This document shows, piece by piece, positions 13,412-24,843 of a stretch of 64,000 nt of DNA. The position numbers were made by a program, and so were the translations under genes. The stretch covers positions 1-64,000 of the forward strand of contig RHPI01000773.1 of the NCBI GenBank assembly GCA_009103225.1. Direction: 5' to 3'. How positions within the stretch are numbered: the stretch's first letter is position 1; every line of letters starts with the position of its first letter. Origin of the DNA: Chlorokybus atmophyticus. Taxonomy: Eukaryota > Plantae > Mesostigma and Chlorokybus algae. The notes under the pieces are model-generated. The model did not search any database, had not been told where the DNA came from, and worked only from the letters and a program-made list of their open reading frames with translations.

Positions 13412-13470
13412 ACTTGAAGCCGTTGAGCATTTGAACGCTGCTGCGTTTCAAACGCTCAACGGCTTCAAGT
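13412..13470. other. Near-perfect 59-bp hairpin
   Basis: ACTTGAAGCCGTTGAGC and GCTCAACGGCTTCAAGT form 17-bp perfect arms, plus an inner stem. Confidence 0.8.
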
Positions 13471-14895
13471 CAATGGTACGATCGTAACATAAAAATGGTA
13501 CGATGGCTCCATTGTGCAATCACATAATGAGTACCATCTAGGGTACTTTTGATGGAACTGTTGTACCATTGCAATGGTACTATTGTTCCCATGAGGTTGC
13601 CAAGTATACCTTACCGGACTGACAGGTATCCGCCGCCATCGCTCGTCCCTCTTATGAGACTTCGTTGGGACTGAGTGGTCATTAGCTTACCAATGTAGGT
13701 TGGTCGCCGCCGCGGCTAATGTACGGCCGGCGGCCGGCCGCGGGTCAACTCTGACTCACCGGTATCGACCGTCGCCATTAGGGGCCTGAATGTACACTTA
13801 ATTGTCATAATAGGTAGGTTGCCGTTACGGAAGCTGTATGACCGGCGGTCGGCCGTCAACATATGTTGCTGTCACGTCACCACCGGTAGGCAACAATCCA
13901 CTGTACTGAACGATAGGCGGTCGATAATTGAGTATAGTCCACAAAATGCACCGGCAGTCCATTTCAGTCCCTTAATGGCCCAACTCGTTAGGTCAGTTAG
14001 GGTCAGATATGGTCAGGCACCCGACAATCCCTCAGTCTCTTGTCAGTCACCGTGTAAAATTTGCGACGGTGTTCTTGGTACTGTGATGTGTGTGTATGGC
14101 CACCTAGGTGATGCTGTGCAAGTTGTGTGTGTATGTGCATGGCGTGGTCTGAGGCTGGGCAGTTGGGTGCATGTGCCGTGCATGTGTGTAGGGTGATATA
14201 CCGTCAGCAGACTCAGCCCTGTACATATGCCCCCTCGCTAACGTCAAAAACTATCGCAACGCACTTTCACATTGCCCGCCAGAACTTTTAATGACTAACC
14301 TGCTAACAAAACCCTTGAGACCGCTAACCACACAACTAGAGGGTTGCGCAGACCTATCACACGCCACCAGCAAACACGAGCAACTCTATCCTAAGGATTC
14401 GTGGTCGAAGCAACCATGTGGGTCAAGTATAAGTGCAAAAGTTGCACCTTTGCTGTGGCGCCGATACTCAACCAATCACCTCACAATTTGATGCACTGAT
14501 AGGATTTGTCAATAGCTACACGACACCCATAGGTACCACTATGGTCAGTCGTCCGAGGGAATTAGGGAATCATCCGACTTTGGTTACACTTACCCTAGTG
14601 CTAGTGTGATGGCTCTTGTGTCGGGGATGAGTGTGTGACGTGATGCAATGTGCGGTGAGTCACTGGTGATGGCCTCCCGCCTCCCGCCCAATCAGCCACA
14701 CCCCTAGTTGCGGTTTACATACCTTGCTATAGTGACTTGTTGTCACTACCTCGAGCAGCATGAACATGTCAACGTAGTCATCAATTGTCATTACACAAAG
14801 TTGTTTGGATCTTGGTGAATGCATAATTTGCAACTTATATGTTGAATTTGTCAAAATTGCTTAAAGATTCCTTGTTGCAATGACAGATGGCACTA

Positions 14896-15196
14896 CCGTA
14901 GTGGTATCAACTATTTGTCGAGACGGCCTTTTGAACCTTTAGTTTTTTTCCCATCACCGGCCCAAAAACTTGGCAACTTTGCGTCATTAGCGCGGCAAAA
15001 GCCGCTGTTAGTGTACCGTTTAATACTATTAAAATTATGTAATAACTGCATTGAGATACAGTTGATATCAGCGTTGGAACCCTCGCGGTGAGTTTGTTTG
15101 ACAAAATTCGTCGCGGCGGCTTGGAGATCGGTTGATTTTTTTCGTTTCTGCCACTTTAGTAAATATTCCTATGACGAATAGTTAGTACCACTACGG
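14896..15196. mobile_element. MITE, Tc1/mariner(pogo)-like
   Basis: 24-bp TIRs CCGTAGTGGTA.. (21/24 match), flanks TA and CA, AT-rich 301-bp body. Confidence 0.6.
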
Positions 15197-16059
15197 CATA
15201 TAGCATTAATGCGTTAACGTGACAGGAACAACACCTCCGTGTAGTGACAAAATGCCTCCACATTCGTGGTCACTCTATGAGGGGAGACTAGGCCTATGCG
15301 CTGCGATGGCAGCAACTAACATTGTGAAAAGACACTTTACTGCACGCTTGAGCCGCCATTCCATCCTATCAGTCTCGACGCCAGAGACCATTGTTGGGGC
15401 AGACCTTAAACCGGTTGGATCATCGCTGTTCCCGCTGCATAACGTTGTGTTACTGCGATGGGATAAGATGGGAGTTGTGGTGTTACGTAGATTGACACCG
15501 TCGAAGTGGTTGTATTCGGCGCTTAGTTGGACGGTGCACGACGCGTGGTCTGCGCTGATTGATCAGTGTCGGCATGCTTTTGGTTCAGTCGGCTTACTGT
15601 TGTCGATCAGGCTTTGACGGACGTGGAACAGTTGAGGGTAATGGTGCGTAAACGGGGAAGTGGGCTGCTTAAACTCATGCATATCGTTTTGGTCAGTGGT
15701 TTAGCGCGGTTGCAAGTGGGTGTGGCGTTGGACGTATATCGGCTTGTAGTGAAACGCTGCGTGGATATCGCGTGGTTGTTGTGTGTGGGTTATGGGCGGG
15801 TCGGTGTTGCTGCTGCGGCGGCAGCTGTGTTGGTGTTGTGCGTATCATGGCGGCTCGTGTAGACGACGATGACCATGTGCCGTAAAGTGTTTCATTGTCG
15901 CTTGGTGGTCCGTTGCCATATATTTAGTGGAGCGCCTCGTTATACCAAGCTGGATATGAGCAGGTGGGCGCACTAGTTATGTGGGCATGTGTTAGACATA
16001 TGCGGTGTGTGTATAATGTTGCCGGCATTTGTTGGAATATTGTGTCGTGCGGTCGTCAG

Positions 16060-19000
16060 GTGCCGCTGGGATGTCCAGCCCTAATCACAGGCTCCATGTC
16101 TGCTTCTGGTGATGGCGTCAGGGAGCTGCATGTTGAGCTGCCTGGTGGGTTTGGGTTTAGATACAGTTTGCATCGTGTGCGGCAAGAGGGAGGCATGCAA
16201 TTGCGATTAAGCAGTGACCGGCTAGTTATGGAGCATGTTGTGGGTGGGGTTGTGCTCGCTCAGTAGGTGATTGCTACCACTAGTGATATGAAGCCCGGGA
16301 GGCGAAGACATTGGGTGGAGCAGTGGCATGACACTGAATGGCTATCATTTGAAGTGGGGCAGTGGAGCCTGCATCCTCTGCAAAGCGGCGACAACGGTTA
16401 TGGCGACAATCTGGGGTTGCCCCACCCACCCCCTGTAGTGGAGGGGGGTGGTTGGCAGCCAGTCATGCCTCTCGGATCAGGTGAGCAGTCACCTTTCACA
16501 CGCGTGTCGCATTTATGCGCAATGGGTTGATGCAGTCCCTGTTCATGTCCATTGTTGTGTGCATGCCAACTGTCGTGACGCTATGATCTGTGCGCATCTT
16601 CGTGTCCGATCATGCGTTGCATTACTGGACTGCTTTGTTGTGTGCATGCTAACGCAAGCGTTGATTGTTTTTGTGCTGCAGTGGTGTCACAGTCCCGAGA
16701 CCCAGCCGATGGTGGATAGAGCAATTGCTGGGTGCGTCTTATAGGTTGACACCTGCTGCCCACACATTCTGCTATTTGAGTCTAGCGCTTATGTGCAGAC
16801 AATGCGTGTGCATAGGCAGAGTTTATTTGATTGCAACGATACCGTGCTGCATGCTGTTGATGCATGTCGATTGTGCAAGCCGAAGTAGATCTCACTGACG
16901 ACAGATCAGGTGGGGTGTGGAGACTGTCAGATCCTGCCAGGCCCGTAGCATGATGCAGTTTTGAGCGATTGATAGTTGTTGATGGCTCGCTGACCGCAAC
17001 ACCCTTATGCGCAGACAATGCGTGTGCATAGGCAGAGTTTATCTGATTGCAATAATACCGTGCTTGCATGCTGGTGATGCATGTGAATTATGCAAGCCGA
17101 AGTGGATCTTACTGACGTCAGACCAGGTGGGGTGTGGAGACTGTCGGATCCTGCCAGGCCCGTAGCATGATGCAATTACAGCGACTGACAGTTGTTGATG
17201 GCTCGCTGACAGCAACACCCTTATGCGCAGACAATGCGTGTGCATAAGCAGAGTTTATCTGATTGCAGCGATACCGTGCTCGCATGCTGTTGATGCATGT
17301 GAATTGTGCAAGTCGAAGTAGATCTTAATGACGACAAACCAGGTGGGGAGACTGTTGAATCCTGCCAGGCTCATAGTGTGATGCAGTTTTGAGCAACTGA
17401 TAGTTGTTGATGGCTCGCTGACTGCGACACCCTTCTGTATAGCTGTGATGGATGTCTGTTTCATATTATTTGCGAGACCGCCAAACAGGCTGTGTATGTT
17501 TTCTCTGTGTGTGCGAGATGCGGTCAGCGTTTGACCTTTGCAAGCACAGGTGTACCAGTTGTTGCAGCATTATAGACATGCCACGACAGCTAATGTGCGC
17601 AGCTGATGACAAACTGAGAACTTTTCACTCTATCTGGTTGTCTTGGGCTGAATTGACAGCGGCTCTATCATGCAGAACTTAGGGTTTGGGAGGGTTGATG
17701 TTGTTGCTAGTGTGGGGGTGGTGCTGCATGGGAGGCGGAAGTGTGGGTGTGTTGGGGCGGCGTCGCTGCAGAGCTTGGTGTTGGTTGTGGTGGATCTGAT
17801 GTAGCGTTCACCGGTGAAGTTTTGCACACGGCGGACAGAGCGGGCGGCATGGCGGGCAGCAGCCGTCTGAGGCCAGACTTCCAGGGAGGGTTGGTTGGTC
17901 AGGCCGATGGCAACATCTGCGACGTTTTTAAAAGAAGGTATGCATGCAGTGTAAGTGCAATCCCAAAACCCTTATACAACTCCCTCCAGCGAATGTGATG
18001 TTCCCATGCATCCTGTCCCATAGTCCATGCAGTGTGTTAGGGATCATTGGCCTGTCCAGGTGATTAGTTGTGCTGTTGTTGTGTTGTTGACCAGGTTGCA
18101 GTATAAAATAAATTTGCTGCTCGCATGCATCCTGTGTTTGGTCCCATGAGTGTATGAGCGACACGTTGATCAGCATGGCAACTGCAGCAATTTGAACGCA
18201 TACATTGTTATCAGTATTGATGCTTTCATATGGAAGCGGCGTAGCCAATCGTGCTCAAGTTGTGACGTAAGGAATGGCATTCGTCATGCTCAAACGACAG
18301 GTCTGAGTTCACTGGTTGTTGCAATGAATGCCAGTGCATGCGTACAGCGTACGAATGCGAACTGAAGGCCAAGGATGTGGAGATGATGATGAAGATGCGC
18401 GCGCAGCTTCAGAATAAGGACAAACAGCACAAGGCCTTCGAGAAGCAAGTGATTAAGTGTCGCAGGCAGCAAATGACAGTGCCGTGTAATAGTATTGCTG
18501 GCCAATGAAAGACTGTGTACTGATGGGCATTGTGCCTGTTGGGCAGGTCACATGCCTAGTGCGGACAATTAAAGAGCTGAGGCGCAAGTTGGAGGTGCGA
18601 AAGGCGGCGCGCCAGGAGGAAATTAACAAGGTGACTAGTGCTGTAGTCTCATGGTCAGGGGTTGTGTGAAATAACGGTCAAGCTATACTTGTGTGCATGG
18701 CTCTGCTCTTCTTCTACGTATTCTGCCTTTCACTAGGTGTGAACATGGGCATTCATTGCCAAATGCAGGAATCATGCTTGTGGTGCCAGAACATGCATGT
18801 AGAGCGGTGCATTTGTTGTCACATGCGTATGTGACTCTGTTTGAATATGGGCCATCATTGCCAGATGCAGGTCCTTAAGGACAAAAAGTCTAAGTACAAA
18901 GACCATTACAGGCGCAGCGAGAGCGTGATCTCTTAGTTGACCTGGAAGCTACATCTGGTTGTCAACAAAGCATACAGAGACATTGATGAAGCATCTGTCA

Positions 19001-19200
19001 GTGAGCAGAGTGACGCTGGCAAGGAAGAGTATGGCGCGTACAACGAAGCAGCTGTGCACATGGATGAGCCTTTTGAGGCGCCATCGTATACGTTGCATGG
19101 AGACTGAGTTGTGCCTGGCCACCGGCACACGTATGCAACAGGTGGCCATGTTGACATCTGTCCAATTTTGGTAGTGTTGCATGCCAGCCATGCCTGATGA
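16060..19200 (+). pseudogene. Decayed spliced cargo gene of unknown function with coiled-coil exons
   Basis: Exon 16060-16480 (AG/GT bounded, one in-frame TAG), then exon-like pieces ECELKAKDVEMMMKMRAQLQNKDKQHKAFEKQ, LVRTIKELRRKLEVRKAARQEEINK|gt, ag|VLKDKKSKYKDHYRR. Confidence 0.45.
16788..17434. repeat. Three tandem copies of a ~216-bp unit
   Basis: Units start CTTATG(T/C)GCAGACAATGCGTGTGCATA at 16788, 17004 and 17220. Confidence 0.9.
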
Positions 19201-19301
19201 ACAGTGTCTGCTGAAATAGCATATGTATAACTCATTGCTGAATAACTGTGTGATGAACTCTTAGCATGTGTACAACGCTGGATTCGCAGTCGGACTCATG
19301 T

Positions 19302-20473
19302 CTATGGTATGGTAGTAAAGGTGACTGGTAGCTGCCTGGCACTACCTTGCAAGACCTTAGGCTGACCATGACAAGGGGCCGCTGCCGAGTGTGTATCCTT
19401 CAAATTAAACATCTGCCTGCCTATGTACTCAGAATACGCAGGTGGGATGCACTCGACTAGTGTGGGCTCTGCTTGTATCCAACGAATGCATGATGCCTGC
19501 TGCCAACCGGTGAGTGTACCACGGGATGCTGCTCTGCCATATGCCGGGAACATTTGTAGCGTTGCCTGCCCTGCGTTGGACGCTCCATTGCTGCCTCTAT
19601 GGCCAGACAAGTTGCCTAGGCTTTTCGACTTGTGGTCACATACAAGATCTGCGTCGAGGATTGGATTTGTTTCATAGATTCTGTGTCAGAACGTAGGCAG
19701 CCCAAACATCGTTCCACACAGCACCATGTTGGTCTCCATGTGAACAGCAGCGAATGGTACATTCTCCATTATGTACGGTGTCCCACAAGCTTGCAGTCAA
19801 CTGAGCAGGTTGGGTAGGAGAGTGCTGTGCTGCCAATGGGCATCATGGGTTGTGCGTTGCGCCTCAGGTATGCATGTCACATATGCTTGGCATGGTGGAC
19901 TAGCCCAAATCAAGTCGTAGCCGGTAAGATCGTGTGTCATGGCATCACCTTGCATGAATGGAAATGGATACTCCGGTTGTGCATTGGTGTCCATGCCAGT
20001 AACGTTAAAGCCAGCGCGGTAAAGTCCCATGCTGGCTGCACCACCGCAGCAACAAAGGTCCAGCGCCCTTGGTCAATGTGGTACACCGTCACCACGGATG
20101 TGAGTATGTGTGAAAAGGAGTGGTGTTGAGTCGGTCCACAATGGTAGGGAGGGCAATGGTGGGGTGGCCTTGCGATGTTGCTATACACGTTGTCCTCCAA
20201 GCAGTATGCAACACAACCTGCCATTGTGCGTGAAAGTGACGGCCACACTGTGCAATGCCAGCTTTAAGTGCTGCACATCGTCATCCTCACAGCGGACGGA
20301 GTGGCGGCCTGCCAAAGACGGCATGTCAGTGACTGCAGGGAACATGGGTGGTATGACAGGTACGACAACAACTATGTGGTCTCACCGCTGTCAGTGCTGT
20401 ACGCGTAAATGGCGCCACTGTACCAACTCGAATCCGCTGGCCGGTATACCATGACAGCACTGCCAATCAACGC
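19302..20473 (-). pseudogene. 3-prime part of cargo gene: Tudor domain plus phage/bacterial-type C5-cytosine DNA methyltransferase
   Basis: Exon 20473-20386, GT-AG intron 20385-20309, exon 20308-19302. Tudor: LIGSAVMVYRPADSSWYSGAIYAYSTDSG/RHSVRCEDDDVQHLKL. MTase: [67 protein letters not shown]. Four in-frame stops, no frameshift. Confidence 0.85.
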
Positions 20474-21114
20474 GACATGTAACGATGCTCGTGCTCACAT
20501 ACACAGCACACAAGTCATACAACACATGTGTGCAGCTGAGCACAATCTTCACACCGGAACCTTGCCTTCACTCGCGCACGCACGCACGCGTCGAGCGCGC
20601 ACACGCACACGAACACTACTACTTCTCACGCCAAGCAAGAACGCAGCAGTGTGCCTTGGACCACAACTCCCTCAAGCATGCACCAGCATACTCACAGCAG
20701 AGAGCAGAAAACAAAGTTGGTTGCATTACACAGGGTTTTTCTATCTATACAAGCACTAGGAAGAAATAGCCTAATTAACAGGCATTTCATTATTCACTAC
20801 CAAATCTAAAGGCAGGTCCAAGTGCAGGCTCCCCGCCACGCGCGTTGGGCCTTCGGCGGCTGTGTGACTGTGCAGTCCGCGTCACCTGGCACTGCACAGC
20901 GCGTGTCCAGTCAGCGGCTGTGTCACAACCGCGTGGCAGGTGGGTCACGTCGCCGAATTAGCTGCTGTCGAGCAGGTCGCAGGCGAGTCGCGCGCGGCAG
21001 CAGGGGCAGGCGCCACATGGGCTTAATAAAGCTCATAAAAGCCCTCATCAAGCCAGCAAAAAAGGCAAAATAAGTACTTTATGTACAATAAAATACAAAA
21101 AATGCCCCAGGCTG

Positions 21115-24100
21115 TTACACCTCTTCCCCCCCGGGGAAGCTTCGTCCTCGAAGCTGACGACTGCCTCCTCTGGCCTTGTAGTCTTGCAAGACCTGTTTGG
21201 CATTGGTAAAGCTCTCCTCGGGCTCGTATGTCGCCTCGTGCATTGGATAGCCACGCCACTTCACCAAATACTTGCGCACGCCTCGGATCAGCTTGTCCGT
21301 GACAATTGCTTCCACTTCCCACTCAGCCTCACCTTCACGAACCACATCTGGAGGCGGACGAGCTGGTGGCTCCCCTCGATAACCTTTAAGAAGCGAGACA
21401 TGAAAAACAGGGTGCACATGCATGGTATTGGGCAGCTCCAGCTTGTAGGCCACCTTCGAGATGACCTTGATCACTTTAAAGGGCCCAAACCATCGCTCAC
21501 TCAGCTTGCGCACCCCCGTGACCAGCTGCACATGCTTGGTTGAAAGCATTACAAGGTCACCCTCCTCGAACACAACATCCTTGCGACGCGCATCGGCGTA
21601 TTGCTTTTGCCGGTTTTGCGCCACAAGCAGAGCCTCTCGAGCTGCCTTGGTAATGTCGGCACACCTTTCAAGAAAGCCGTCCACGGCCTCCACATCTGAA
21701 CTTTGCATGCTAGGCACCCACGCCGTCAATGGCGTCAATGGATGTTGCCCATAGTTCATAAGGAAAGGTGTCACGCCCGTGCTTGCACTCTTGTGGTTGT
21801 TAATGGTGAACTCAATCAGCTCCAGCATGTCTCCCCAATTGTCTTGGCGGCTGTTCACATAGCACCGTAGCATGTCTTCGATGACGCGGTTGGCGCGCTC
21901 CGTTTGGCCGTCCGTTTCAGGGTGGTACGCGGTGCTGAACTTCAAGCTCGTGCATAGAGTTGCGTGGAGAGCTCTCCAGAAGTTGCCAGTAAACCGCGGG
22001 TCTCTGTCACTGATAATGCTTCTTGGAAGGCCATGAGAGCGCACCACATGCTTGATGAACAACTTGGCAGCCTCGGGAGCTGTGCAAGTCTCCGTACATG
22101 GCGCCAATCGCACCATTTTGCTAGTCTTGTCCACAAACACCAAGATAGCATCATGCCCTTCACGTGTCCGTGGCAGCCCCGTGATGAAGTCAAGAGTAAC
22201 TTGCTCCCACTTCGTCAAAGGTATCGGCAATGGTTGGAGCAGCCCACTGGCGCGTTGATTGCTCGCCTTCACCCTTTGACAAGTGTCGCACAATGCCACA
22301 TAGTCCTTAACGTCACGATGCATCTCCGACCAGAAAAATTTCTGTTTCAACAAGGCTAGTGTCCGTTCCAGCCCTTGATGACCAGCCATTGGCACATCAT
22401 GCGCTTCCTTCATCAATGCCACGCGCATGTGCGCAATGTTGGGTATGTACATGCGATCGCCATGCCATAGCAGCCCGTCCTTCAATGCCCAAAGGCCGCT
22501 ATGTTCAGTCCCATTCTCCAACGCCTCAATGGTCTTCTCCCCCACCGCGTCCTCATGCAATAAGGCACGGATCTGGTCAAGCCACTTGGGCTGCACTTGC
22601 ACCACCGTTTCAAGCGCGTTGAGTTGACGGCTTAATGCGTCCGCAACCTTATTTGAAGAGCCCGGCTTGTACTTCACTTCAAAGTCGAAGAGTTGGAAGA
22701 ACTCGAGCCAACGAGCTTGCCGCCGTGAGAGGTGAGGCTGCGTTTGAAGGTACCTTAATGGCGAGTGGTCCGTCTCAAGTGTGAACCGCTTGCCTTCAAG
22801 GAAACAACGCCATTGCCGTAGCGCTAGCACCTGCGCCAGCAATTCCTTCTCATGAACAGGGTAGTTGAGCTCAGCCCCGCTCATCTTCTTGCTGAAATAG
22901 GCCACTGGTTGCAAGCCGTTGCCGTGATCCTGCTGCAAAACAGCCCCAATAGCCTTGTCGGACGCATCACACGCCACCACAAAGGGCAATTGCATGTTGG
23001 GATGCAGCAGCACGGGAGCCGATGTCAGGGCCTCTTTCAAGTCGGAAAATGCCTTTGTTGCAGCCTCCGACCAGCTCCAAGCCACCCCCTTCCTCAACAA
23101 TGCCGTCAATGGTGCCGCCAAGTGCGAAAAGCCCTTTACAAACTTACGATAGTAGCCGGCAAGCCCTAGGAACGACATGACACCCTTCACGTCCTTCGGG
23201 GCAGCCCAATCGCGCACCGCGGCAAGCTTGCTTGGATCTGCCTTGATTCCTTGCTTGGATACAATGTGGCCAAGGTATTCTACCTCTTCAAGCAAGAAGC
23301 GGCACTTGTTGAGCTGAGCAAACAACTTGTGTGTACGTAAACGCTGCATCACCTCGTGTAGCAATGCCACGTGCTCTCTCTTGCTCTTTGTGTACACAAG
23401 GATGTCGTCGAGGTACACTAGCACGCCCTTGCCAATCAGATCAGCAAAGACCTCATTCATCAAGGTTTGAAAGGTTGCCGGAGCATTTGTCATGCCAAAG
23501 GACATCACCAACCACTCATAGTGGCCATAGCGAGTGTTGAAAGCCGTCTTCTCAACGTCTTCGGGCGCAACACGAATCTGATAGTAGCCACCAGCTAGGT
23601 CCAAGCTTGAGAAGAACTCAGCACCCTCGAGCTGCTCCAACAACTCATCAATGCGTGGCAAAGGGAACACATTCTTTTTGGTGATGTTGTTGAGTGGCCG
23701 ATAGTCGATGCACATGCGCAAGGCTCCGCTCTTCTTACGTACAAATAGGATAGGTGCACCGTAAGGAGACTTGCTGTGCCTGATGTACCCACGTTGTAGA
23801 AGGTCCTCGACTTGGCTCCTCGCCTCTTCGAGTTCAGCCGGAGACAACTTGTACACCGGTCGGTACGGCGGCTTGTGCACGCCCTCTATCAGTTCCACAC
23901 GGTGATCAACACTTCGCGTGGGTGGCAGACCAGCTGGTAGCCCATCCACCATGACGTCTTTGAACTCTTCAAGCAACCTCTGCACCTCGGGGTCCTTCGA
24001 ACTCTCCGAACCAGTGCCGACCAGCTCCAAGTCCGACTTGGGAGGTGTCTCACGCACCATGCACAGCCATGCATCCTTCACATTGTTCCCGGACCAGATC

Positions 24101-24801
24101 TGCTCCATCTTGGTCTTAGAAACTTGTGACACCAGCTCTGGAACCCCTCCCCTTGAGCTAGAAGCATGTTGTGGTGCAGCTTGCTGGCGCGCCGTCGTGT
24201 CGTGCGCGTCACGCGCATGCAGCACATTGCTAGCAGCCTCGACGCAGCTCACACGCTCTTGAACCACACACGCGCCTTGCATTGAAGCATTGAAGCACAT
24301 CAAAACCTCACCACCAGCTTCCGGGGTAGTGAGCACCCGCTTCCTCCAATCAATGGCGGGGTTATGTGACCAAAGCCAAGGCAGCCCCAAAATGCCATCA
24401 AAGCCGTTGTTCAGCTCGATGCAGCAAAACCGTAGGCGATCCTTCATCATCCCCACGTGCATTTCAAGCTCTTTGCTTTGCTTGGAAGCTCCTCCTGCTG
24501 GCGCATAGCCGTCCGCTAGAGCCACCGAGCCGGCATTTGCCCATGACAACCACTTGTGCCGACGCGCAACCTCACGACTCATGAAATTGCTGTTCGCGCC
24601 GCAATCCACCAGCATCTTGCACTCCATCCATGGCCCATTGCCCTCACGGATCAGAGCCATGACTCCCAACAGCTGCCTCGCCTTGTCGGGCACTCGAACC
24701 ATACCGCTTTGCGTTGCCGTTGCGCACATGCCGCCAACCGTCAACAACGCTTCCACGCCAGCCGCTGGACATTCAACATCATAGTGAGGCTGCATCACCA
24801 C
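21115..24801 (-). CDS. pol: Gypsy Pol: protease, RT, RNase H, integrase, chromodomain (probably translated as gag-pol by -1 frameshift)
   Basis: LVDCGANSNF, YLDD, DASDKAIG, HHCC and DDE integrase, GPFKV, WEVEAIV..YLVKWRGY. Confidence 0.97.
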   Translation of the reverse strand: MVMQPHYDVECPAAGVEALLTVGGMCATATQSGMVRVPDKARQLLGVMALIREGNGPWMECKMLVDCGANSNFMSREVARRHKWLSWANAGSVALADGYAPAGGASKQSKELEMHVGMMKDRLRFCCIELNNGFDGILGLPWLWSHNPAIDWRKRVLTTPEAGGEVLMCFNASMQGACVVQERVSCVEAASNVLHARDAHDTTARQQAAPQHASSSRGGVPELVSQVSKTKMEQIWSGNNVKDAWLCMVRETPPKSDLELVGTGSESSKDPEVQRLLEEFKDVMVDGLPAGLPPTRSVDHRVELIEGVHKPPYRPVYKLSPAELEEARSQVEDLLQRGYIRHSKSPYGAPILFVRKKSGALRMCIDYRPLNNITKKNVFPLPRIDELLEQLEGAEFFSSLDLAGGYYQIRVAPEDVEKTAFNTRYGHYEWLVMSFGMTNAPATFQTLMNEVFADLIGKGVLVYLDDILVYTKSKREHVALLHEVMQRLRTHKLFAQLNKCRFLLEEVEYLGHIVSKQGIKADPSKLAAVRDWAAPKDVKGVMSFLGLAGYYRKFVKGFSHLAAPLTALLRKGVAWSWSEAATKAFSDLKEALTSAPVLLHPNMQLPFVVACDASDKAIGAVLQQDHGNGLQPVAYFSKKMSGAELNYPVHEKELLAQVLALRQWRCFLEGKRFTLETDHSPLRYLQTQPHLSRRQARWLEFFQLFDFEVKYKPGSSNKVADALSRQLNALETVVQVQPKWLDQIRALLHEDAVGEKTIEALENGTEHSGLWALKDGLLWHGDRMYIPNIAHMRVALMKEAHDVPMAGHQGLERTLALLKQKFFWSEMHRDVKDYVALCDTCQRVKASNQRASGLLQPLPIPLTKWEQVTLDFITGLPRTREGHDAILVFVDKTSKMVRLAPCTETCTAPEAAKLFIKHVVRSHGLPRSIISDRDPRFTGNFWRALHATLCTSLKFSTAYHPETDGQTERANRVIEDMLRCYVNSRQDNWGDMLELIEFTINNHKSASTGVTPFLMNYGQHPLTPLTAWVPSMQSSDVEAVDGFLERCADITKAAREALLVAQNRQKQYADARRKDVVFEEGDLVMLSTKHVQLVTGVRKLSERWFGPFKVIKVISKVAYKLELPNTMHVHPVFHVSLLKGYRGEPPARPPPDVVREGEAEWEVEAIVTDKLIRGVRKYLVKWRGYPMHEATYEPEESFTNAKQVLQDYKARGGSRQLRGRSFPGGEEV

Positions 24802-24843
24802 CTCAGCAGGAGCCTCTCCAGCTACTGAGGTGAGCCGTTTCCC
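24795..24843 (-). promoter_or_regulatory. -1 programmed ribosomal frameshift signal
   Basis: Slippery G GGA AAC (24843-24837) in the gag frame, followed 4 nt later by stem CACCTCAGTAG..CTGCTGAGGTG. The -1 frame is open into pol. Confidence 0.7.

Noticed and set aside
12768-14221. Possible hAT element (CAGGG..CCCTG ends)
   Set aside because: TIR match is weak and no 8-bp TSD was found for either candidate right end.
16788-17434. CRISPR-like array
   Set aside because: 216-bp contiguous units with no unique spacers, in a eukaryotic context.
20485-21073. ORFs duplicated in both LTRs (also 25963-26550)
   Set aside because: LTR sequence with no coding hallmarks.
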